Positions 1 to 10,156 of a stretch of DNA of 64,000 nt are shown here, piece after piece. This stretch comes from Phaeosaccion multiseriatum (lineage: Eukaryota > Protista > Ochrophyta, other classes): contig OZ218963.1 of NCBI GenBank assembly GCA_965112735.1, positions 1,116,001-1,180,000 of the forward strand. Direction: 5' to 3'. The position numbers and the translations under genes are program-made. The notes beneath the pieces were generated by a model. The model ran no database searches. It was not told the origin of the DNA and saw only the letters and a list, made by a program, of their open reading frames with translations. Position 1 is the stretch's first letter. Each line of letters opens with the position of its first letter.

Positions 1-5
1 TATAG

Positions 6-1055
6 GATGAGGAGCTGCCGCCGTGGGTGCTGGACGGCCTGTGTCTGCAGTGCGGGGCTGCTCTGGTACCGGGACTGACGTGCAAGGTAAAAAGAGGCGA
101 TGTATACTTATTTGCAGTCACAACGACTGCTCGTCCTGAAGAAGTTGTGTGTGTTTGTGCTTGCCGGGCATCCACCAGGTGAGAGTGCGCCATCTCACCT
201 CTCGGGCGCGAAAGCGACGAAGGAGCCCCAATTCGGCCCCCACGAAGAACCAAGTGGTACAACAGTGCAGCGTGTGCAAGGTCTCCAACCCAATCCCAGG
301 AGCCCGTGCTACTGGTGCTCGTGGTGGGGCAGCGCAGGAAGGGCAGCTGGCCTCGCGGACACCAGCATCAGCATCAGCAGCGACAGCAGCAGCAACAGGA
401 GCGGATGGCAAGGGAAAGAAGAGGAAAAGAAGTGTGCCAGGTGAGAGAGGACAAGTGTGTTCTCGTGTGTGCTCGCGTGCGCAGATGGTGGATGTAACCG
501 TTCCCCCACCTCCCACCTCCCACCACATCCTCAGGTGACCAGTCTTTCATTGCCCTCGGACCCTCCAAGAGCACCGACCGACCGACTCCCAGGTAAGCAA
601 ACGACTTGGACCGAGTATCCCGTTGACCCCTATTCCTGGCCCTGCTTAAACGCTGCTGCTGCTGCTGCTCCTCCTGCTGCTTCTCCTGCTGCTGCTCTAC
701 TGCTGTCGCTGCCCCCACGTTCCCCCACGCGGCCTCCAGATGTGGAATAAGCAGCGCTTTCAGCTTCAAGCCCAAGTCAGACGCAGCTTCAAGCGGTTGG
801 AGTGCGGGGGGGTGGAGCAGCTCAGCCCGGGGGGTAGTGGGGGGGAGGGAGGGAGGAGAGGGAGGAGGAGGCGGTTTCAGTTCCAGTCTCCTGGAGCGAT
901 TAGAGGCTACCCACAAGACCAAAAAGAAGCGCAAAAAGCCCGCTGCAGCTGCGAGTGCGCTCGAGGGTGGCAGCGGCAGCGGCAGCGGCAGCGGCAGCGG
1001 AAACAAAAACAAAGAGCCTCGAGAATCGCTCTTACATAAAATACGTATTGGGTGA
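6..1055 (+). CDS. Rpp21/Rpr2/Snm1-family RNase P/MRP subunit (5' partial, spliced)
   Basis: Exon 6-86 encodes CLQCGAALVPGLTCK. After GT-AG intron 87-178 it continues VRVRH...VVQQCSVCK, giving the CxxC..L(I/V)PG.T..VR...CxxC zinc ribbon of the Rpr2 family. A low-complexity basic tail ends at TGA 1055. Confidence 0.7.
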
Positions 1056-1086
1056 TGACTCCTTGGAAAAAAAGCTTCTCTTCAGC

Positions 1087-2721
1087 CTAGTGATGTCCGC
1101 TCCGGCTTCGCTCTACAGGGGCTTGTGTACCTGGTGCTTCACAAGCTGCTGCTGCTTCAAAAAGCACTGCTGCTCCTGCACTTTCCCCCTCTACAGCAGC
1201 ACCAGCACCAGCAGCAGCAGCAGCTTCAAAAGCACCCGATGATTCTGGCCTTGCCCCTGCCCCTCCCTCCGCCTCTGCCCCTGCGGTTGCTGCTGCCTTG
1301 TGGTCCTCCCCTTCCCCCTGCGCCTGCTTGTGGTCCTCCCCCAGTCCCTGTGCCTGCTTGTGGTCCTCCCCCAGTCCCTGTGCCTGCTTGTGGTCTTCCC
1401 CCAGTCCCTGTGCCTGCTTGTGGTCCTCCCCCAGTCCCTGTGCCTGCCCCTGGGCCTTGCCCTGCCCCTGCTCCTCCCCCTGCCCCTGTCCCTGCCCATA
1501 TGCCTCCTCCTTGCCCTGCTCGACGGCGTAGTTGTGCAGCCTGAGCATGTGCCGCTGCAGCACATTCTTGTAGGCGAAGGTCTTGTCGCACTTGGGGCAC
1601 GCGAAGGGCCGCTTGCCCGAGTGCACCGCCCGCTGGTGCGCGTACATACCCCTCTTGCGCACAAAGTGTCTCATGCAGCCGTCTATGTCACACACAAAGC
1701 CACCCACCGTCTTCTCCCCGCCCTCCTTTATGTGGGTCGTTTTCCGCCGCTTTGCCTTGGGCCCTTGTCGCTGCGCATTCTCCCCCTCTTCCTCTTCATC
1801 CCCACTTCCCTTCAACTCCTCCTCCTCTTCCTCCTCCCCCTTTTCCTCCTCCTCCTCTCCTCCCTCCTCATCTCCCGCGTGGGCGGTGCGCAAGTGCCGG
1901 AGCATGGTCTTGAAGGAGCTGAAGCCGCGAGGGCACTCTTCGCACCGAACGTGGTGCATCTCCTGCCGATGGACCTTGAGAGCGGCCCTAGAGGGAAAGA
2001 CAGCGTGACACCCTTCATCCGCACACATGAAGCGTCGAAGATGTACAAGCTTATGGCGATCCATGCGTGACGCAGTCGGAAAGGCCTTTCCACAGCCCTC
2101 CACAGGACATGTGTACGTGGGCACGTCCGTCTGTCCGTGCACCTCCCTTACGTGTGCTCGCAGCTGCACCTTCTTCGCAAACGCCGCAGTGCATTTATGT
2201 CTCGACGCTGCTGCTGCCCCCGTGCCCCCACCACCTCCATCCTCTATCCAGAGAGAGCAGACGTGCGGAAGCGGGCGAGCGTGGATAGCCTCGTGCCGCC
2301 TAAGCCGTGATGAGCTAGAAAATGCCTTGCCGCAGCCGGGGTGTGTGCACACGTGCTCAGCCACCCCGGCGTGCGAGGCGAGGTGCCTATCAAGGTGGTC
2401 CTTTCGCGCATAGGCCTTGTCACAGCCCTCCCAGGTGCACACATAGGGCTTTTCTCCTGTGTGACTGCGCACGTGGCGCGTGAGGCGGGCAAGCTTGTTG
2501 AAAGAGCGCGAGCACTGGGGACATGTATATATCTTTCGCTTGCTACTGGTGCTGTTCGCCCTTTGCCCAAGGCCAACCTTCAGCGCATTGCCAGCCCCCT
2601 CCTTCCCCCCTTCGTCTTCCTCTGAGGAGTATTCCTCGGCTGTGTACTCTTCATCGTGGTCATCATCACTCTCCGGTCCCTCCAAGCTATCAAAGCCTCT
2701 GCCTAAATGGACGGCAGTCAT
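1087..2721 (-). CDS. GTF3A: Transcription factor IIIA-like, nine C2H2 zinc fingers, intronless
   Basis: 544-aa ORF with nine C2H2 fingers. The first three (CPQC..HVRSH-TGEKPY-CTWEGC..HLDRHLASH-CTHPGC..HEAIH) resemble TFIIIA, with mixed CxxC/CxxxxC and HxxxH/HxxxxH spacing. Confidence 0.75.
   Translation of the reverse strand: MTAVHLGRGFDSLEGPESDDDHDEEYTAEEYSSEEDEGGKEGAGNALKVGLGQRANSTSSKRKIYTCPQCSRSFNKLARLTRHVRSHTGEKPYVCTWEGCDKAYARKDHLDRHLASHAGVAEHVCTHPGCGKAFSSSSRLRRHEAIHARPLPHVCSLWIEDGGGGGTGAAAASRHKCTAAFAKKVQLRAHVREVHGQTDVPTYTCPVEGCGKAFPTASRMDRHKLVHLRRFMCADEGCHAVFPSRAALKVHRQEMHHVRCEECPRGFSSFKTMLRHLRTAHAGDEEGGEEEEEKGEEEEEEELKGSGDEEEEGENAQRQGPKAKRRKTTHIKEGGEKTVGGFVCDIDGCMRHFVRKRGMYAHQRAVHSGKRPFACPKCDKTFAYKNVLQRHMLRLHNYAVEQGKEEAYGQGQGQGEEQGQGKAQGQAQGLGEDHKQAQGLGEDHKQAQGLGEDHKQAQGLGEDHKQAQGEGEDHKAAATAGAEAEGGAGARPESSGAFEAAAAAGAGAAVEGESAGAAVLFEAAAACEAPGTQAPVERSRSGHH
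1295..1450. repeat. 30-bp coding tandem repeat in the TFIIIA C-terminus (QAQGLGEDHK x~4)
   Basis: cctgcttgtggtcctcccccagtccctgtg repeated in tandem. Confidence 0.9.
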
Positions 2722-2831
2722 TTATTTGGAAGAGAAAGAGGTGGGAAGGGGGCCACCAAATTGCAACCACCCTTTTAACAATTTGGAACCATCCACCTGA
2801 ATCACCTCAAACCCCAACCCCCCCCCCTAGC

Positions 2832-4125
2832 ATGGCGTGGCGCCTGCTTGTGCTCGTGCTTCTGCTGGCCTGTTGTCTGAAGCCCGTGGAAGGATTCTGT
2901 TCTCCGCCCTTGTCTCCTCGGAAATGGGGCCTCGAGCAGGGCCAGAATGGCATCAAGAGGGCGGCACCCTTCAGCAATCCGGTCTGCCCTCATGAGGGCT
3001 CTTCCGGGCCGTGGAGGCTCATGGCGTCTGGTGATAGCGACGGTAACAGCGAGGAGAAGACGGGAATCTACGGCTATTCCGAGAAAGTGATTGCATTGGA
3101 GCAATCTCAAGTCAAATTTCGAGGCTTACGGCTGGTGTCTTTGACCCTCGTGCTCATCTTAGGTATGCCCCCCCCCGTTAAATTGAATGCCCCTCCCCTC
3201 CCCCTTTTGGTTCTAAGCTGCTCTCTCCTCCCGCTCGGGCCTTGTCCGTCCCCGCTCAGCCTGGCTGGCCCTGGGCGTGTCGGGTGCCAGCTTCTTGGGT
3301 GTCGAGTCTGCAGACCGCTTGGCCGAGAATGCCCCCAATCCCCTCATTGATGTCGGGGTGGGCGGGCTGTGCTTCTACTTGTGGACAGTCGAGGTGGCAT
3401 CCAAAAGAGTGCGTCTCAGAAACATCAAACTGGACTTGGAGGGGTGAGTGCAAGACGAGAGAGAGGTAGATGCCTTAGCCTTACTCCTTCCTTGGCTCTT
3501 GGAATAGCCGCCCCTTACTGACTGCCTCCCACATTTGCGTACTCTTGTCGTTTCCCGTAGGGGAGGGGATGGCCTCGACATCGATGCCAAGATGGAGAGG
3601 CGAGAAGCCAGCGCCAGGGAGAGGGAGAGCGTTCCGAGGGGAGACGAGAATAGGTTCGTCAGGCGCGCCCAAGCGGAGGGCAGAGTGGAAGAAGAAGATA
3701 TGGGAGGACTCCCGGGGCTGGGGGGAAGCACCAATCGCAGCAGGAGAAAGGGCAGGAAGGGGAGGGCCGCAAAGAAGGGCAAAGGTCTGGCCGCCATCAC
3801 TCAGCTTGACCGCACGGACGACCGCGCCCAAACTACGCCGGAGCCTCAAGAAAAGGAGCAAGAAGCGGTCGAAGGGAACGAAGAGAAGAGAAAGGAGAAG
3901 GGTGGGCTCTTTGGCAACCCCCTGGAAAAGATGAAGGAGGGCTATGCCTCGGCCAATGCCATGGCTTACGTTTCAGCAGTCAAATTGAACGACGACTTGG
4001 AGCAGAGAGGGATTCTCGAGCCAGTGGCTGGAGGCAAGATGGACAAGGAAAGGAGGAAGGAGGAGAAGGAGCAGCAGCAGCAGCAGCAGCAGGATAAAAG
4101 CACAGCGGATAAGAAAGCAAAATAG
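2832..4125 (+). CDS. Plastid-targeted LPA1/DUF3493-like membrane protein (3 exons)
   Basis: Signal peptide MAWRLLVLVLLLACCLKPVEG|F. EQSQVKFRGLRLVSLTLVLILG, intron, then ...ENAPNPLIDVGVGGLCFYLWTVE resembles the DUF3493 two-TM motif. Charged C-terminal exon ends at TAG 4125. Confidence 0.55.
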
Positions 4126-4268
4126 AGGAGGGCCCGAGCGGTGGCCTTTTAGATTTGAAACAACACAAGAGTAGGTAAGTAAGTAAGTAAGTAAGAAAGG
4201 AAGTCAAAAGATTAGATTAGAATCCTCCTTAAAAAAAAAAGAAAAAGGCCCTTCTTTAACGACTGCTA

Positions 4269-5177
4269 CTGTGATTTCGCGGTTGAGTGGCACTTTTTAC
4301 GCCCAATTAAGAGTAAAACCTGGATGGGCGGACACACCCGTTTTGCGGACAGGGCCTACCCCCCCCCCACCCCCCCCCCCCCTTTTTCTTCTTTAGCCAC
4401 TACTGGCGCCGTACTTGCCTCCCTGTCTTGGCCCTGCCTCTTACGAACACATTGCCACCTTTAGAAGTCGGGAGTAAGTTACTAAGGGATCAGAGAATGA
4501 GAGAAATGGGAAAAGATATTACTTTTAGAAGCTTACGTAAGTGCGTCGCATACTTACGTAAGTACGTCACATCCTTACATAAGTACGGCACGTAAGGGAA
4601 TTGGGTGTCTGTCCGCTGGGAAAATGGCCCCCCCCTCGCCCCCCCCCCCCCTTTTTCCACTTTCCAGAGGTGCGTGTGAATTTCTGCTCAGCGTCCAGAG
4701 TAGCCATAGGTAAGGGAGGCACAATAAAGCCATCGGAACCTCAAACAACCTGTATCCTTCAGAGTTAGCAGCAAAACCGATTAGCTGTCCGTTCATCCAG
4801 GTTTTACTCTTACGCCCCATTAATTTTTTTTTACGCCAAATGACGACTTGTTTTACGACGTTTTACGACGTTTTACGACGCTTTAGCCCCCTATTTGACG
4901 CCCTTTTACGCCCTTTTACGCCCTTTTACGCCCTTTTACGCTCTTTGACGCCCTTTTATCTTAATTCGCCTTAATTTCGTCTAAAAAAAATCACGTAAAA
5001 AAAAATCACGGAAGAGGGCGTAAAAGGGCGTAAAAGGGCGTAAAAGGGCGTAAAAGGGCGTCAAATAGGGGGCTAAAGCGTCGCAAAACGTCGTAAAACA
5101 AGTCGTCATTTGGCGTAAAAAAAAATTAATGGGGCGTAATTGGGCGTAAAAAGTGCCACTCAACCGCGAAATCACAG
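4269..5177. mobile_element. Foldback/MITE-like non-autonomous DNA transposon with long TIRs and TA TSD
   Basis: TA|CTGTGATTTCGCGGTTGAGTGGCAC... is the reverse complement of ...GTGCCACTCAACCGCGAAATCACAG|TA. The arms continue as inverted (cccttttacg)n / (cgtaaaaggg)n arrays. Confidence 0.9.
4310..4810. mobile_element. Second MITE nested in the left arm of the foldback element
   Basis: TIRs AGAGTAAAACCTGGATG(GG/AA)CGGACA flanked by TA duplications (4308-4309, 4811-4812). Removing it restores the match to the right arm. Confidence 0.85.
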
Positions 5178-5200
5178 TAACTGCTTGCATCACGGTGCTG

Positions 5201-6173
5201 TCATAGTTCTTCCTCGTCTTCCTCCCCCTCCCCCCCGCCGCTCGCTACTCCCAGCCCGCCCCCTCTCTCCCCCCCCCGCCGCTGCTGCTGCAGGACCCTC
5301 GCCTCCTCCTCGCTCCAGCTGACCCTCTCGGCCTCAGGCAGAAGCTGCCAGTTTGGCGACTGCTGCGCTCGGTGCCACTTAAAGTCCTTCACATCTAGAG
5401 AGAGGGGGTAAGAGGCAAGAGACAAAAGGTCCATTCAGCCTCTCCTCTCCTCTCCACACCACACCACGCCCCCCGAGCGAGCCCCGCAGCCAACAAGGCA
5501 ATGTCCTTCAAGGCAATGTCCTTCCCTTCCTGAGCTTTCTCACCTGCCCATGCGCTCGGCACCCCTTGGAAGCCGGCGAGCTCAAAGTGCGTTTGCAGTG
5601 CCGGATAGGAGAAGGAGTACGGAGCGAAGCGCAGGCCGGAGCAGTCCTGTGCATGTGCAGTTGAACATACAAAGCGACGGGTCAGGTCGGGGGGGGTCAT
5701 GGGTGGAGCAGAGGGGAGAAGGAAGAGTCGCCTTCGTTTCCCTCCTTCCCTTGAGAGCGGGACGATGATGTGCCTGCCGTCCTTGCGGGTGGTACGGCGG
5801 ACACGCACCCCATCCCCCGCGTACGAGAGGCGCACGCACGCACGCACGCACGCACACCTACACCGCTTCAACAGCAGCACTAGACCGCTCCTCCTACCTC
5901 CAGTATTGGCCCGCTAAATGTGTGCACGTAAAAGTCGACCTTGGTGCTGTCGTGGATACGCAGCTGGCGGCCGCCGGCCATGATGGTGCAGTTGTGGCAC
6001 TCGTGCACGTACACCGAGCCACGCACAGGGCCGCAATACACCTGCAGCGGAGACACGGGACGGAAGGGACGCACACTTCAAACTCAAACTCAGCTCGAGG
6101 ACAGAGAGGACAGACACTTCAAGTGCGGTCGGCGGTTGGCGGCGAAGCGGCAGCCCGGCAGCGAAACAACATG

Positions 6174-6224
<51 letters not shown>

Positions 6225-7839
6225 TGCGTAAGTTCTGCTGCTCACCTTGCAGTCGGTGAGGTCCCGCAGCCGCAGCGCGTCCAGCACATCCAGCACCACC
6301 ACCACACATCCTACCAGTGCCGTCACGTTCAAGTCTCGCACCCCGCTGTCTGGCCTGCTCTCGGCCGCTGCTGTAGGCTTCAGCTCTCGCTCCCCGTACA
6401 CCAGGACCTCGTCTGTGCGATGTGAAATCTCCAGCGGGAAAGGCCCGTGCTTCTTGGTGGCGGCTGAGGGAGCTGCCGGAGGAGACCCCACGCCAGTCAC
6501 CAAGGGAGGGGGCAAAGAAGGCTCTTGCTCTGCTGCTCCTGCCCCCTCGACATTGCCACTATAACCCTTACTATTAGTGCTTTCGCTGCCTTGGCTGCCT
6601 TGGCTGCCCGGGGTCCATGTGGGTGGCGCTGCTCCTGCTCCCGCCTGCGCCTTTCCTTTGGCCTTCCTGCCGAAGGAAAACTTTTTCCGTGGTGCAAGCG
6701 CCCCGCGCATCCCCTTAATCTCACTGTCCAATTTGCCGACTTCCTCCTACGAGGGCAGGGAGTGCGGTGCGGTGGGTGCATTAGGAGTGAGGACAGAGGG
6801 GGGAGGATGTAAAGTGGCGCTGTGTTGTCTCTCTTCCAGTGCGGAGAAGACAAGAGGGAGGGAGAGACCGAAAGCCGGCCTATACATATAAGGATGGCCC
6901 ACACCCTCATTCTTGTGCCTATATAAGGATGGCCCACACCCTCATTCTTGTGCCTATATAAGGATGGCCCACACCCTCATTCTTGTGCCAACACAACTAA
7001 CTCACTTGCGCTCTTCGGTGATCGTAGTGGGGAAGAAACAGTGTCGCTCTCGCCACAGACTCCTGCAACAAGCAGCACAGCAGCACACACACCAGCGAGT
7101 AAGAGAAGGATGGAGGAATTGCCAGCCAGACATTGTAAGCTACTAGAGGGAAGAATGACGTGTTCAAAGAAGGCGACACGGTCGCTAGCTCACCTGCAGA
7201 GAGCGCACCCTCGCTACGAGTCCATCGAGAGAAGTAGACAGACTCTTTGCGGTCGTCTCGCTCGCTGTTGTGCCGCCTCCAACACCTCCGCTCCTGCTGC
7301 TGACCCCTGTCGCTGCGCTCTCGATGTCTTTCAGCGCGGCCGATATTGCTGGGAGGGGAGGGGGAGAGGGATGCGGAAATCCAAGACCCCATTGAGTACA
7401 ACAAGCGGGCTTTCGATGGGCCCTATTGGGGTATAGGGGCAGTTGTGGCTACGGCGCTCTGTGGCTCTTGTACTCAGGGGTAGAGTCAAATGCTTCGAGG
7501 TGTGTGGCCTTCTTCCTCTACTCACAGTCCTTCTCCCCTGTAAACGTTTTCCAGAATAGAGACACCGCGGCAGGCGCTTCGCCTTTCTCTCCACCGTCCT
7601 CCTCGTCTCTCCGCCTGTTTCCCAAGGAGTTTGAGCAGCGGCAGCACCAAATAAGACAAAACGGGCCAGCCCAAGTTGATTGACACACAAGGAACACAAG
7701 GCGCGGAAGAGGTCAGTCAGCATCCTCCTAAAATGTAACAGACTCTTATCACTCACATGTTGGCCGTCTTTTGTATTCTCGCCAGGTGCTTGGCCAAAAA
7801 AGCTTCATGTCTCTCCTGGGTGTGATCTACACCTTCCAC

Positions 7840-7872
<33 letters not shown>

Positions 7873-7887
7873 CTGCTGTCCCACCAT
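5201..7887 (-). CDS. TBCC: Tubulin-specific chaperone C (multi-exon)
   Basis: Exons encode PRKKFSF, LDALRLRDLTDCK, VYCGPVRGSVYVHECHNCTIMAGGRQLRIHDSTKVDFYVHTFSGPILE, DCSGLRFAPY and VKDFKWHRAQQSPNW. Start MVGQQKQQQ at 7887. Confidence 0.93.
6878..6990. repeat. Intronic ~35-39-bp tandem repeat x3 in TBCC
   Basis: gccta(ta)n-aggatggcccacaccctcattcttgt repeated three times. Confidence 0.9.
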
Positions 7888-8023
7888 GACTCAACGAAAT
7901 GCCTCCCCCCCCCCCCCTTTCGTTGACTTCCTCTACGATTGCAGGTTTTTAGTTTCAGTTGATGAGCTTTGGCGCCGCTTTCTCTTGTAAAGCGACCCTC
8001 TGAGAGAGGGACAGAGCTCGAGG

Positions 8024-10109
8024 ATGTCGCACTATGGTAGCTACGGCTACGATGAGGACGAAGAGGAAGAGGATAGCTGGGCAGAGGAAAGGTCTGTGTA
8101 TCCTGGATAGGACGTGGGGGCCGGTTGCTGGGGGGGGGGGGGGAGGAATGCATCTAACATCGTGTCTGGCGACTCTGCATACACAGGAACGTGGATGACA
8201 ACATTGTCTTTCTTGTGGACGCCCGGAAGGCCATGCACGAGCCTCGGCCCGAGGATGGAAGGGTGAGTCTTTGCTCCGAGCTGTATAGCAACACAATTGC
8301 GTGACTGACTTCAAGGCCCCTGTGTATCCTATCCTCCCTGCTCACGCACGAGCGACCCGTAGACGTACTTCGACTTAGCTCTGGAGGCTGCCCTGGCCCT
8401 CATGAAGAGCAAGGTGAGAGCTCCAATAGAGGGGAAGAGAGACAGGGCGACGTGAGTGTCTGAATGCAAGCGCCTTTGCGCCTCGTCATCCACCTCCGCC
8501 TTCTCAACGCTCAGGTGATGGTCACGCCCACGCACAAGATCGGCATCACTCTCTTTGGTACGACGAAGACCAACCAGGAAGAAGACATGCTCCCGAATAT
8601 TTGGGAGGTGAGGCCCTGTGCGTATACCATAGGCCTGCCTGCCTTGATTGATTGGGTGTGTGTGCTGGGGAGGTATCCACGAAGGAACAGTCCCATCCTG
8701 TAGCCATTCCCCGACCCTTAACCCTTAACCCTAACCTTAGCCCAAGCTGGCCTTATCTGAAGGAACGATGGACTGCGAGGCTGAACCCTAACCAATTAAT
8801 TGTGCGTCTTTCCTCTCGTGTGCTTGTTCCCTTCAGCTGCACTCTCTGGACGTGCCCAGCGCCGAACGCATCCGCGAGGTGGACTACATGCTGAGGTATG
8901 TCAATGGAGGGGAGGGGAGAAGCAACTAGCACTCAGCCTCCCTCGCTGCCATACACTTCCTGTGCCCAGAGTTCTCCCCCCCCCCCCACCAGCTTGAATT
9001 TGAGTCCGTTCATCCACCCTGTCCTTTGTGTGCCATAAAACTCTGCTGCCGAAAGGGATGAGGATTTCGACTTCGACGAGAAATTTGGAGGAAAGTTGGA
9101 CGACGGGACCATCAAGTGCCCGCTGTGGGCAGCCTTCAGGTGGTGTGACCTGAGGCGTCTGTGCTTGCTTGTCGCATGAGTCCTTCCCATGAAAGGGATG
9201 AAAGAAAGCATCCTCCCTCCCTCCCTTCCACCAGTCTGCTCTGCGTCAACCTGCTCACCCGCTGCCCAACCTGGGGCCCAACTTGGGGGGGGGTCCTGAC
9301 GCTCCTCCCACAGGTCAGGCACAGCGGCGCTCACCTCCAAGAAGGTCAAGACCGTCGACTACAGGCGCATCTGGCTCTTCACAAATGACGACGACCCATT
9401 CTCGGGACTACCCACGACGGCGGCAAAGAAAGAGGAAGAAAGGCGCATTATACGGGTGAGTTGTGCATGCCGCGGAAGAAGAGCTTCCTTTGTTTAGCAG
9501 TCAGTGGCACTCACCCTCACACACGCCTCTCCCCTCTTCTCTTCTCTTCTCTTGAGGTGGTGACTGACTCCATCGACACGGGTTTGATGATCGAGCTTTG
9601 GCCCTTCAACAAGGGCGGCAGCGCGGAACCCTTCGACCCCAATAAATTCTACACAAATGTCCTCGTTCTGGTAAGGGCGACGAGATGTCGATTCCTCACT
9701 CAGTCCTTCTGTATAGATGCAGGCGGCACTAGCTTCACCACCAAGGCGTCGCTAACACAGCCTGAGCCTTGGCAGCGCGTCGTCTATTCGCGACGTCATG
9801 TGCACTCGTGGTGCGCACCCAGACACCTCCCTCCCTCCCTCCCTCCCTCCCTCCCTCCCTCCCTCCCTCCCTCCCTCCCTCCCTCCCTCCCTCCCTCCCT
9901 CCCTCCCTCCTTTACAGATGCGTGCCCTGAGTCTAATCCGGATGTACTGTCCACACACCTCTTTCAGGACGGCGAGGAGGACAACACGAAGATCGTGCAG
10001 ATGGGCGATGATCAGACCTTTGCGTCTCTTATCAGTAAGGTGCGCACCACACACACACACACACACACACTTACGCACATACACATACGCATACACATAC
10101 TCACACACA

Positions 10110-10156
<47 letters not shown>

